From: Elusimicrobiota bacterium
GTDB taxonomy: Bacteria > Elusimicrobiota > Elusimicrobia > Elusimicrobiales > UBA9959
Assembly (NCBI GenBank): GCA_036574205.1
Contig: JAINCQ010000023.1
Span: forward strand, 1 to 16,156
Length of the DNA stretch: 16,156 nt
Direction of reading: 5' to 3'
Within the stretch, counting starts at the first letter, position 1. Each line of letters starts with the position of its first letter. Of this stretch, positions 16,155-16,156 are shown piece by piece. The position numbers and the translations under genes are program-made. The notes beneath the pieces are model-generated. The model did not search any database. It had not been told where the DNA came from and saw only the letters and a program-made list of their open reading frames with translations.

Positions 16155-16156
16155 AT
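16030..16156 (-). mobile_element. Right end of an IS256-family insertion sequence
   Basis: GGTAATGTCAATAATTTTGTGTAA (16030-16053) reads TTACACAAAATTATTGACATTACC on the minus strand, the TTACACAAAA...GACA.TACC form I associate with IS256-family termini. A transposase-like frame runs into it. Confidence 0.75.

Overview
AT-rich bacterial window. A nearly gap-free minus-strand run of 16 genes (677-15880) fills most of it: cytochrome bd oxidase cydA-cydB followed directly by a complete 14-subunit complex I set, nuoA-N. Neighbouring genes overlap or abut, with only 2 intergenic nt in about 15.2 kb. Upstream is a symmetric bidirectional sigma70 promoter (two TTGACA-17-TAnnAT promoters with overlapping -10 boxes) covered by a 10-3-10 inverted repeat. 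Its other half points at a gene beginning MAKSNMFCY, which resembles the N-terminus of hybrid-cluster protein (Hcp). That gene is cut after 9 codons by an IS256-family element whose transposase 3' end fills the right edge. The left edge is the 3' end of an IS30-family transposase, followed by about 310 bp of GC-rich palindromic/REP-like repeats. The most notable candidate system is an hcp <-> cydAB-nuoA-N divergon: an NADH-to-O2 respiratory chain in one transcription unit, possibly co-regulated with an NO-stress enzyme. All calls come from manual motif recognition; no database searches were run.
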